Source: Octopus vulgaris
Lineage: Eukaryota
DNA: 64,000 nt
Direction: 5' to 3'
Assembly: GCA_951406725.2 (NCBI GenBank)
Contig: OX597823.1
Span: 31,186,001 to 31,250,000, forward strand
Positions 53,213 through 64,000 of this stretch are shown piece by piece (the stretch's first letter is position 1; the number at the start of each line of letters is the position of its first letter). A program made the position numbers and the translations under genes. The notes beneath the pieces are model-generated. The model had not been told where the DNA came from. It did not search any database and was given only the letters and a program-made list of their open reading frames with translations.

Positions 53213-53530
53213 GTATTCTTTTATTCTTTTATTTGTCTCAGTCATTTGATTACAGCTAAGCTTGGTCACCGCCTTTAGTCGGGCAAATCAACCCCAGGAC
53301 TCATTCTTTGTGAGCCTAGTACTTATTCTATCGGGCTCTTTTGTCGAACCGCTAGCTTACGAGAACGTAAACACACCAGCATCGGTTAATGGGGGGGGGC
53401 ACTCAGACACACAAACGATACACACATACATACAAACATATATATATATATATATGTGTGTGTGTGTATGTATATATATATATATGTATACACACACATC
53501 TATATATATATAAACTGAAAAAAGCGTATC

Positions 53531-53583
<53 letters not shown>

Positions 53584-53745
53584 CATATATATACGACGGG
53601 CTTCTTTCAGTGTCCGTCTATTAAATCCACTCATAAAGCTTTGGTCGGCCCGAGGGTACAGTAGAAAACACTCGCCCAAGGTGCTACGCAGTGGGACTGA
53701 ACCCAGAACCATGTGGCTGGTAAGCACGCTACTTACCACACAGCA
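53213..53745 (-). mobile_element. SINE family B with ~180-bp internal microsatellite
   Basis: Both halves match the family. Confidence 0.85.
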
Positions 53746-54037
53746 GTATATATTTGCATACGCAATGCTTGTATTTTTATTCCTGTGTGCCCGTGACTGC
53801 GTGCATATGCGTAGAGTTATATGTGTCAATGTCCTCTAACGACCACAAAACATTTGTTAAAAACGGGAATAGATTAAGTAATGCGATGTTTACTATGCAA
53901 AAAAGCTGAATAACTGCGCAATAAGAGTGCAACGATCTGAGGCAAATTCTTATGTTACCCTTGATGCATATGTTGTTGCACTGCCGGCCGTTGATATTGC
54001 AGATACGACTGCATCTAATCATGTTGCTGTTTCTATT

Positions 54038-54510
<473 letters not shown>

Positions 54511-54511
54511 T

Positions 54512-55077
54512 GCGGCGAGCTGGCAGAAACGTTAGCACGCCGGACGAAATGCGTAGCCGTATTTCGTCTGCCGTTACGTTGTTAGTTCAAATCCCGCCGA
54601 GGTCGACTTTGCCTTTCATCCTTTCGGGGTTGATAAATTAAGTACCAGTTACGCACTGGGTTCGAAAAATCGACTTAATCCGTTTGTCTGTCCTTGTTTG
54701 TCCCCTCTGTGTTTAGCCCCCTGTGGGTAGTAAAGAAATAGGTATATCGTCTGCCGCTACGTTCTGAGTTCAAATTCCGCCGAGATTGACTTTGCCTTTT
54801 ATCCTTTCGGGGTCGATTAAATAAGTACCAGTTATGCACTGGGGTCGATATAATTGACATAATCCGTTTGTCGGTCCTTGTTTGTCCTCTCTGTGTTTGG
54901 CCCCTTGTAGGTAGTAAAGAAATAGGTATTTCGTCTGTCTTTACGTTCTGAGTTCAAATTCCACCGAGGTCGACTTTGCCTTTCATCCTTTCGGAGTTGA
55001 TAAATTAAGAACCAATTGCATACTGGGGTCGATTTAATCCCCCAATATTCCGGGCCTTGTGCCTAGAGTAGAAAAGA
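54512..55077 (+). mobile_element. SINE family A trimer (head-core-tail1-core-tail1-core-tail2) within (TTA)n
   Basis: Junctions taaagaaata|ggtat at ~54740 and ~54924. A further partial copy lies at 55128-55268. Confidence 0.9.
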
Positions 55078-55125
<48 letters not shown>

Positions 55126-55271
55126 GTGTCGCGAAATAGCAGAATGGTAAGCACGTCGGGAAAATGTTTAGTGACAATTCGCCTGTCGCTATGTTCTGGG
55201 TTCAAATTCCGTCGAGGTCGACTTTGCCTTATATCCTTCGGGGTCGATAAATTAAGTACCAGTTGAGTACT

Positions 55272-56183
55272 GAGTCTGAAAACCCACGAGCGTTCAAGAC
55301 GCACAAAATCCTGATGGAGAAGCAGCAGGTCATGTGGAGGGAAACATTAAAGCCTGGGGTCACCAGGCAATTCGTATCTTCTGGAGAACAATCTTCCTCT
55401 CAAGGCCCTCCCCATCTTCGACAATGCTACAACATTGTAAACTGTCTGAAAAATCATCGATATGGTCTAGCAAGTGTAGCGGAGAATAGTGTAGGGGAGA
55501 ATGCTACCATTGCGGGTAACATAAAGGCGATGTTGGCAAAGTGGCTGTGTGTTTTTGAACTTGTAGAAAAAAACAAATCACCCTGAGAAAGTATCTACAG
55601 GTCGTACAGCAGCTTTATTTAATGACAGTGCTCTTGCATATTTCCGTAACATTTTAAAAGGCAGGAAAAAACAGATTTCTCTTCATATGTTTTTAATGAA
55701 ACGATCTACAAGTGCAAAACAAAGTGTGTCCAAAAAGCTTGAAATAAGCGAAGTGAGAGAGAAAACACCAGAAATCGTTCTTTCCGAAGTCTTAATTGAA
55801 GGAGATTCTCCTTCCAAACAATAATCCTCCTCCTACTCGCCCCATCGTCTTCCTCGCGCACAAATCGTCCCATCTTTAAGGTAATTCAGTTCATAAAACC
55901 AGTTTTCGTTTTTCGTTTTTCTTGTTTCAGCTCAGAGCTGCGGCCATGCTGATGCACCGCCACATATTTCTTTTGTATTCTCTTTTTTATAATTGCCATT
56001 ATCCTTGTAACTGAACCTTTTCTGTTTTAAAACCCAGGAAAAATTATTTTGGGGTGGTTCGCTGGCGGGGTAGCTGGAACGGATTAATTATATTTTAATT
56101 AATTTCAATGGGGAAAATTGAGTAAATCGTAAGACGAGCTCGGTCATGGAACGAATTATGCCCGTACGGCGAGATATCGTTGT
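55272..56183 (+). mobile_element. Tigger/pogo-type DNA transposon remnant, internally deleted
   Basis: SENPRAFKTHKI..QVMWR, IKAMLAKW..ELVEK and HPEKVSTGRTAALFNDSALAYFRNILKGRKKQISL resemble Tigger/TIGD1-like transposases; repeated subterminal ggaacg.att motifs near the 3' end. Confidence 0.7.
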
Positions 56184-56374
56184 CTTATTATTAGCCGTAT
56201 GCTTTGATATGTGCGTGAGTGCTGTGTTTTAAATATGAAGCATGGGTTGTCATGTGAATGAAACAGTAACTGTATATACATGTCCAAACCTATACAAATA
56301 CACACTCACACACACATAGTGATAAATGGATAGTTAATAGGTTAATACAGAGATACATAGATAGTACGCAGATG

Positions 56375-56411
<37 letters not shown>

Positions 56412-56845
56412 GCACGCACACTTATGCATATGTGCGTTTCCTGGGTGGTTTTCATTCACATGCAGTTTTTCTGCTGTTTATGCAACCTATAAATTATGTA
56501 TTGGTGAGTAAACATCCGAGATAATACATACACACACACTACCACCACCACCACCACCACCACCACCACCACCACCCACATATTCGTACATACAAATTGC
56601 GTCTCAAATACAAACGTGTTTAACCTATCTATCTATCTTTCTTTCTCTTGACATATTTATATATGTGTGCGTATATGTGTGTATGTGTGTATGTATATAT
56701 GTGTGAGCATATATGTGTATATATATACATATATATGTACACATATATATTTACATATGTGTGTGTATATGTGTGTATGTGTGTATGTATATATGTGTGT
56801 GCATACATATATATATACATATATATGTACACATATATATTTACA

Positions 56846-56895
<50 letters not shown>

Positions 56896-57049
56896 AACTT
56901 AGACTTAGATAAACTTAGATATGTTTCGACCAAAGATTGGTCCAGGCCATATATATTTGCATATATGTGTATATATGCATATTTATATATATCTGCATAT
57001 ATGTATATATATATATATTTATATACACAAATATTTATATATATGTGTG

Positions 57050-57204
57050 TGTGTCTGTGGTAAGTAGTTTGCTTACCAACCAAATGGTTCCGGGTTCAGT
57101 CCCACTGTGTGGTACCCTGAGCAAGTAAAGTATCTTCTACTATAGCCTCGGGCCGACCAAGGCCTTGTGAGAGGATTTGGTAGACGGAAACTGAAAGAAG
57201 CCCG

Positions 57205-57208
<4 letters not shown>
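57050..57208 (+). mobile_element. SINE family B, 5' half
   Basis: ggttccgggttcagtcccactg through gaaactgaaagaagcccgtc. Confidence 0.85.
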
Positions 57209-57257
<49 letters not shown>

Positions 57258-57258
<1 letters not shown>

Positions 57259-57435
57259 TAGAAATATGTTCCAAAAAGAAAATAGAAGCTACACGCGGAA
57301 ATGTAAGGGGAAAATGAGAAGAAAAATAAGCGAAAATGCACATTGGAAATGAAAAAAAGTAAAGGCTTTTTATGAAAAGTAACGATAGATATATACAATC
57401 AGATGAACTGAGGTAGGAATAAAGTAATAATAAAA
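57258..57435 (-). mobile_element. Terminal region of the Penelope-like family seen at 24556-25335
   Basis: Shared tagaaatatgtt..aaaagaaaat, ggaaatgtaaggg and cgaaaatgcacattg; same end abuts (TA)n. Confidence 0.7.
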
Positions 57436-57494
57436 AGTATGTGTATGTGTGTGTATGTTTGCATGTGAACTACATACCTGCACGTAAGAATATA

Positions 57495-57557
<63 letters not shown>

Positions 57558-57562
57558 GTATA

Positions 57563-57595
<33 letters not shown>

Positions 57596-57791
57596 GTGTA
57601 CATTTGTGTTTCCAGATTTTAAAGTGGTATTCAATAACGTTACTTACTATCAAAATGTAATTTAGATATCTGAAATAATTGGCTGTTATTGCGAAAGGAC
57701 CAGAATGCGAGGTATTGTAAGTTGTGCTACGTTTGCAGAATAAGAAATACAATGAATAAAACACTGACATGAATTGTGACGGGAGAAAGAG

Positions 57792-57834
57792 CTACCTAAC
57801 GTTTCGGATATTTGTCCTTCTGCAGTAGAGTAGG
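57792..57834 (-). ncRNA. Degenerate minimal hammerhead-like motif
   Basis: Minus: CTGCAGA-AGGA-caaata-TCC-GAAACGTTA-ggtag; A6 replaced by C. Confidence 0.35.
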
Positions 57835-58559
57835 AAGGGAGAAAAAGTCAATATGAACTTTTACAACAGGATGCAAAGAAGGTACATACACGGACACACA
57901 TGTATATATGCGTATGCATACATGTATGTATATATGTGAGTGTATGTATGTGTGTGCGTATAATATACTTATATATATTCCTTCCTTCATTCATTATACA
58001 TGTAGGCGAGCATACATATCTACATACATACATACACACACACACATACATACATACATACATACATACATACATACATACATACATACATACATACATA
58101 CATACATACATACATACATACATGCACACATACATGTCATATCGTAGACGAGTTTACATCACTGACAAAGCAACGTCCGTGCAAAATAATTTGGTCGAAT
58201 AAAGTTTGCGACACACCCCATAGACCCTCTTCACCTTATTGAAATCGTGTCAAGATATCTAGTTCCAATATGGTTCGCAAGTTGAGGAATGTGGGAACGC
58301 CATGACCTCAATCGCAAACAAAATATTCTCAAAATGCCTGGTGCCATTCCTTATTTATGCTTCTGTTTTATAACAGAGTGACTTCCCAGAGACATGCATT
58401 GGCAATATACGAGGAACGCCTCACTTTAGTGATCTTCCAACACACAGAACACAGTCCCAGAATTTCTGTGTCCCCAGAAAACAAGTCAGGCATCGTTATA
58501 GTGGTCAGCTGCCCAGCGGATGTGAATGCACAATCACAATCCAAGCAAAAGAGAACATT

Positions 58560-58706
58560 TATTCGCCACCACCTTCTACGGGAGCTTCGTGGAATATTTG
58601 GGTGTTTTCGCTCAATAAACACCCACAACGCCCGGTCTAGGAATCGGAACAGCGATCCTATGACCGCAAGTCCGCTGCCCTAACCACTGGACCATTGCGC
58701 CTCCAC
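58560..58706 (-). mobile_element. SINE family C, 5' part
   Basis: cctaaccactgg.ccattgcgcctcca head. Confidence 0.8.
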
Positions 58707-58949
58707 TATACTTATGTACGTATATGTATACATATAAGCATGTGGCCGTCTTTAGCTACACCGTGTTTCAAATAATGAAGGAATGGTTTGGATCATAGGT
58801 GTATTGGTTCAGGGGAACCACACAGCAATAATAACATGTACGAATCTCCAATGAAAAAAAAAAGAGAGAGAGAGAAGTTAAAACAGAAGATATTATTGTA
58901 ATGTTCCCTTTACCCACGTCCCTGTGGCTAATAAAAGAAGTCATCATTA

Positions 58950-59150
58950 TCGAATCGTCGAATCGTTAGCACGACGGGCGAAATGCCGCTAAGCATTACG
59001 TCTTTCCTTACTTTCTGAGTTCAAATCCAGCCGAGGTCAACTTCCGACCTTTCAGTGTCGATCCAATAAAGTACCAGTCATATACTGGTTTCGACAGCAT
59101 CAAGTTTAACTCTCTTCCCACAAATGTACTGGCTTTGTGTTTAAATCAGA
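58950..59150 (+). mobile_element. SINE family A, diverged
   Basis: gaatcgttagcacg head and ctgagttcaaatcc.gccgaggtc core. Confidence 0.75.
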
Positions 59151-60438
59151 AATAATTATTGCAATCATGGAGAGAAAAGCTGACTAACGCATTTGAATTT
59201 TTATCGCGCAGATTGATTGGGTGTGTTTGGGTGAGGGGTTGGTGGTAGTGGTATAAGGAAGGGTTGCCGGTGTTGGTGGGGAGCGGTAGATGATAGTGGT
59301 GGTGGCGGTGGTGATGGTGGTGGTGGTGTTGGTGGCTAGTATTGGCGTGAGTGACGGAGTGGCGAAGGATTGGTAGCGATGTGGGTGGGAGAATGTAGGA
59401 CACTGAAATTTGATATGAAGCACAATGTTCTCAGAAACTCTAAAATATCACGAAGCATATGGATAGTGCACATACATACACACACACACACCCATACATG
59501 GACACAGGCGCATACACACACGCGCAACATATATATATATATACGCATGCACGCATACACATGCACACACACAACACATACACATACACACATGACATAC
59601 AGGCATCCACGCTCCAAATAGTCACATACACACTTATGAAGGCACTGTCAGTGATGTAAATAATGTAGATATGCACACAGATCACAAATACGTACACATA
59701 TACGCACACACAGACACGCACACATACAGACACGTACACACGCACACACAGACGCACACATACATACATAGACACACATACATTCACTCCATATGCAACA
59801 TTCCTTGCTCCAGATTCGTAGCTGAGTTATGTAGAATGACCCGGAAGTCGACATCCTCATATAATTTGTTTAGCCTGCTGTTATAGATTGCTATCTCATC
59901 AGTGTGTTGTTATCGCGACCACGGCCCTGTGCAGAAGATGGAAAAGGAGATATCTCGGCGTCTCGGCGCCCTTCCACGTTGGCCGCTGGTGGTGGAAGCA
60001 CTGAGAGTGCTGTGATTCTGTTAGTCTTCTGAGCATCATCGAAGCCGCACTCGGCATAGTCGTGGAAACAGCAACAAACCATGGTCTTGCACACTCAACC
60101 AACTTTTTATCGTTATCCCTTCCTCTGTTTTTCTCTAGTCTTCTTCGTCTGAGCAGGGGACCCTCAACATGTGGTTAATGAGCCATCAAGTATGAAACAC
60201 TTGTGGGGTTCACTACAGACTCGAAACTCATGTTAAACTCGCCCGAGCACTTGCTATCCTAGGTCGCTTTCACACAACTTTCATAGACCTGCCATTTTTA
60301 GGGGTTAAATTTTAAAGCAAGTGAATAGTTTCACTCAATATGGACATCTGTTACAACCTCGTAGTTCTTCAGAATCTTTTCACCTCCATTTATTGGATTT
60401 CAATAATGTTCAATACCAATAATAATAATAATAATAAT

Positions 60439-60523
60439 CAGACGGGTAGTCATGATGGGTATATTGGGCTTCGTATATTGTACCCCAGTGTCACTTTGAT
60501 GGCATGAACTGCTCTCTCACTCA
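60439..60523 (+). mobile_element. Repeat family E, 85-bp 3' end in (TAA)n
   Basis: Matches 61518-61602; (TAA)n on both sides. Confidence 0.85.
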
Positions 60524-60567
60524 ATAATAATAATAATAATAATTATTATTATTATCATTATTATTAT

Positions 60568-60660
<93 letters not shown>

Positions 60661-60661
60661 T

Positions 60662-60819
60662 AAGGCGGTGAGCTGGCAGAATAGTTAGCACGCCGGGCGT
60701 TCGTCTGCCATTATGTTCTGAGTTCAAATTCCGCCGAGGTCGACTTTGCCTGTCATCTTTTAGGGGCCGATTAAATAAACACAAGTTGTGTACTAGGGTC
60801 GATGTAATCGACTTAATCC

Positions 60820-60857
<38 letters not shown>

Positions 60858-60996
60858 CATTTCTACTAAAGGCATGTGGTCTGGATTTTATGGGGAGGGA
60901 GATGATTGTCAATTGCACCTACTCCAGTGTACTTAATTTATCGACCCCGAAAAGATGAAAGGCAACGTCGACCTTGGCTCTGCCAGCTCGCCACTT
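60662..60996. mobile_element. Two SINE family A copies (60662-60818 plus, 60858-60996 minus) in (TAA)n
   Basis: Head and core motifs present. Confidence 0.8.
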
Positions 60997-61035
60997 TAAT
61001 AATAATGATAATAATAATAATAATAATAATAATAT

Positions 61036-61602
61036 TTGACTTGATGCAGTACTAAACAGTGCCTTTCATGATTTCTGATCTTAACTGATTGGATCTTAAC
61101 TGAGTGTTATCATGTACATTGTTTTGTCTTGGTATAAAAGATGGCCTTCAGCAAATATTCTGCTCAATACCACAGATATGCTTGTCACTTGTTTGACCTT
61201 AATCAGCTGGGCATGTCCCTTGGTCGATGACGATATGCGCATCTCTGATCACGAGCAGAGGTAGTGGGGGAGCATCATAGCCATGTGTTGAGAGGAATTC
61301 TTTGGGGTTTGGATAATTCACTTCTGGAAACATGGATGTTTCGCTCAACATCCTTAAACAACCTTTATTCAGGGACCTTTCGAGCGGGATAGGTTACTCG
61401 ACCTGAAGAAAATTCTAACTGGGCCCCAACTGCAAGGCCATGCGCTGTTTATCTTGATATGAAATCACCATGTCGTGCACATATGGTTGTGATGCATGGT
61501 GCCTGATGTACTCTTATCAGCCGGGTAGTCATGGTGGGTAAACTGGGCTTCGTCCATTTTACCCCAGTGTCACTTTGATGGCATGCACTGTTCTCTCACT
61601 CA
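61036..61602 (+). mobile_element. Repeat family E, longest copy
   Basis: Flanked by (TAA)n; same 3' end as the copies at 26306 and 60523. Confidence 0.85.
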
Positions 61603-61608
61603 GTAGTA

Positions 61609-61647
<39 letters not shown>

Positions 61648-62148
61648 GTTTCTATTTTTAGCACAAGGTCAGCATTTTCGGAGGAGAAGGCTAGTCGATC
61701 ACATTAACCCTGGTGCTCAACTGATACTTATCCTCCTCCTCCTCCTCATTATCATCATCATCGCCGTCTGAAATTACATTATCGACCTCGAAAGGATGAA
61801 AGGCAAAGTCGACCTCGGCGGAATTTGAACTCAGAATGCAGCGATGGGCGCAATACCGCTAAGCATTTCGTCCAACGTGCTTACGATTCTGCCAACTCGA
61901 CACCATAATAATAATAATAATAATAACAATCATGGTTTCAAATTTTGTTACAAGGACAGCCATTTTAGGGGCGGGGACTAGTCGATTACATCGACCCCAG
62001 TCTGTAACTGGTTCTTAATTTATTGATCCCGAAAGAATAAAAGACAAAGTCGACCACGGCGGAATTTGAACTCAGAACGTAGCGGCAGACGAAATACGGC
62101 TAAGCATTTCGCCCGGTGTGCTAACGTTTCTGCCAGCTCGCTGCCTTA
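61648..62148 (-). mobile_element. Two SINE family A copies in tandem separated by (TAA)n
   Basis: Core and head motifs at 61648-61905 and 61933-62148. Confidence 0.85.
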
Positions 62149-62469
62149 AAAAGTGCTTTTAAATATAGGGACAAGACCTGAATTTATACATGATTATTGG
62201 TTATTAATTGAATTAAATTTAGGGAGGACGATAAAACAAATGCACAGGGGATAGTGGTTAGGGAGCTGCATTTATAATCGCAAGGTCGTGAAACGAATGG
62301 TGCGGTGTGGTTTTGAGCAAAATACATTATCTGAAAAAAAAAAAAGTAACACTGTGAAGGACTATCGCTCCATTCACAGGAAATGTGGTCTCACTCACTT
62401 ATATACGGCATGGAAACCGGGTCATTAGCCCCATGACGCCTAGGACTCGAGATAGTAATATCCAAAGGT

Positions 62470-62472
62470 TGA

Positions 62473-62506
<34 letters not shown>

Positions 62507-62820
62507 GGTGGTGATAGTGTGGTGGTGGTGGTGGTGGTGGTGGTGATAGTGTGGTGGTGGTAGTGGTGATGGTGGTGGTGATAGTGTGGTGGTGGTAGTG
62601 GTGGTGGTGGTGGTGATGGTGGTGGTGTGGTGGTGGTGATGATGATGATGATAATGATGGCGGTGGTGGTGGTGGTGGTGGTGATGATGATGATGACGGT
62701 GATGATGATGATGATAATGCTGCTGCTGATGATGATGGAGGAGGAGGAGGACGATGGTGGTGTTGGTGGTGGTGGTGGTGGTGCTGGCGGTGATGATGAT
62801 GATGATGATGATGATGATAA
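62470..62820. repeat. (GGT/GAT)n array
   Basis: Seen directly. Confidence 0.95.
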
Positions 62821-63177
62821 AATGAGATACCAACCAAGTACCAGAGTCGTTACAATCGACTGTTCTCGCCGGCATAATTTCTTGTCTTCTGTCTATATAA
62901 GTAATTAACCTAAATTAATTTAATCTAACTTAATTTAATAGTACATTTTTAATTAGATGAATTAACTTAGCTGTTTCTGACAAGGAAATTCAATTCTAGG
63001 CTCACTTGCAGAGACATCCATAATTCATTGTTAACTGTCAGTCTCTACTTGTAAGTTTTCTTTCGTTATAAACATTCACGAAAGCTGTATCCATGACAAA
63101 AAGTGGATATGATTCGCAAGAGGCTTTCCATACATGGGAGGGAATACTTCGAGATACGTGTATTAAAAAAAAAAACA

Positions 63178-63792
63178 CTTCAATTTCCTTTGCCTGCCCC
63201 TTCACTTTCCCTTGCGTATCTCTTCAATTTCCCTTACGTACTCCTCCAATTTCCATTGCGTACCCCTCCAATTTCCTTTGCGTACCCCTTCAATTTCCCT
63301 TGCGTACCCCTTCAATTTCTCTTGCGTACCTCTTCAATTTCCCTTGCGTATCCCTTCAATCTCTCTGGCGTACCCCTTCAATTTCTCTTGTGTACCCCTT
63401 AAATTTCCTTTGCGTACCCCTTCAATTTCCCTTGCGTACCCCTTCCATTTCCCTTACGTACCTCTCCAATTTCCCTTACGTACCCTTCCAATTTCTCTTG
63501 CGTACCTCTTCAATTTCCCTTGCGTATCCCTTCAATCTCTCTTGCGTACCCCTCCAATTTCCTTGCGTACCCCTTAAATTTCCTTTGCGTACCCTTTCAC
63601 TTTCCCTTGCGTACGCCTCCAATTTCTCTTGCGCACCCCTTCACTTTTCCTTGCGTACCCCTCCAATTTCTCTTGCGTACCCCTTCAATTTCTCTTGCAT
63701 ACCTCTTCAATGACCCTTGCGTACTCCTTCATTGTCCCTTGCGTCCCCCCTTCAACTTCCGTTGCGTACCCTTTCGATTTCCCTTGCGTACC
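63178..63792. repeat. 22-bp minisatellite, about 28 units (consensus ttgcgtaccccttcaatttccc)
   Basis: Seen directly; the 22-residue periodicity of the overlapping ORFs equals three units. Confidence 0.95.
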
Positions 63793-64000
63793 TCGGTTTA
63801 AGAATCTGCTCCGGAGTTATCTATAATTCGATCGCCAACTCCCCAGTTATCATCGATGAGGCTGTCAGGCTGTCAGTTAGGTAGCACATCCAATAGTAAC
63901 AACAACGATAGCAACAGGTGTAGCATGTATATAGCAACAAACTGAATCAGTATCGATAGCAACAGAATCATAAACACCAACAATTCTATCAAATGTAGCA

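Noticed and set aside
58357-58683. 108-aa ORF
   Set aside because: The 3' third is an antisense SINE C head and the rest has no recognisable domain.
63093-63826. 206-aa ORF or CRISPR-like array
   Set aside because: Contiguous 22-bp tandem units without unique spacers, no cas genes, eukaryotic context.

Overview
AT-rich, microsatellite-dense eukaryotic DNA, intergenic or intronic, with no intact protein-coding gene that I can support. Nearly all long ORFs in the track are translations of simple repeats. The SINE families and repeat density point to an octopus or other coleoid cephalopod genome; this is inference from recalled families, and no search was run. The window holds four tRNA-derived SINE families (about 50 copies), fragments of Penelope-like elements (two GIY-YIG, one RT), 3' ends of R4/Dong-type and Tx1-type LINEs, Tc1/mariner, Tigger and piggyBac-type DNA transposon remnants and MITEs, a non-autonomous Helitron and a 22-bp minisatellite. 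Most notable points: (1) about a dozen type I hammerhead-ribozyme-like motifs, several with intact catalytic cores and often in inverted pairs next to (TA)n; (2) SINE family A shares its 3' tail with a (TATC)n-inserted Tx1 LINE and occurs as stereotyped multimers; (3) different retroelement clades occupy different microsatellite classes; (4) a decayed ORF with a Ulp1-like protease lies downstream of piggyBac-like motifs. All alignments and translations were done by eye, so boundaries are approximate.
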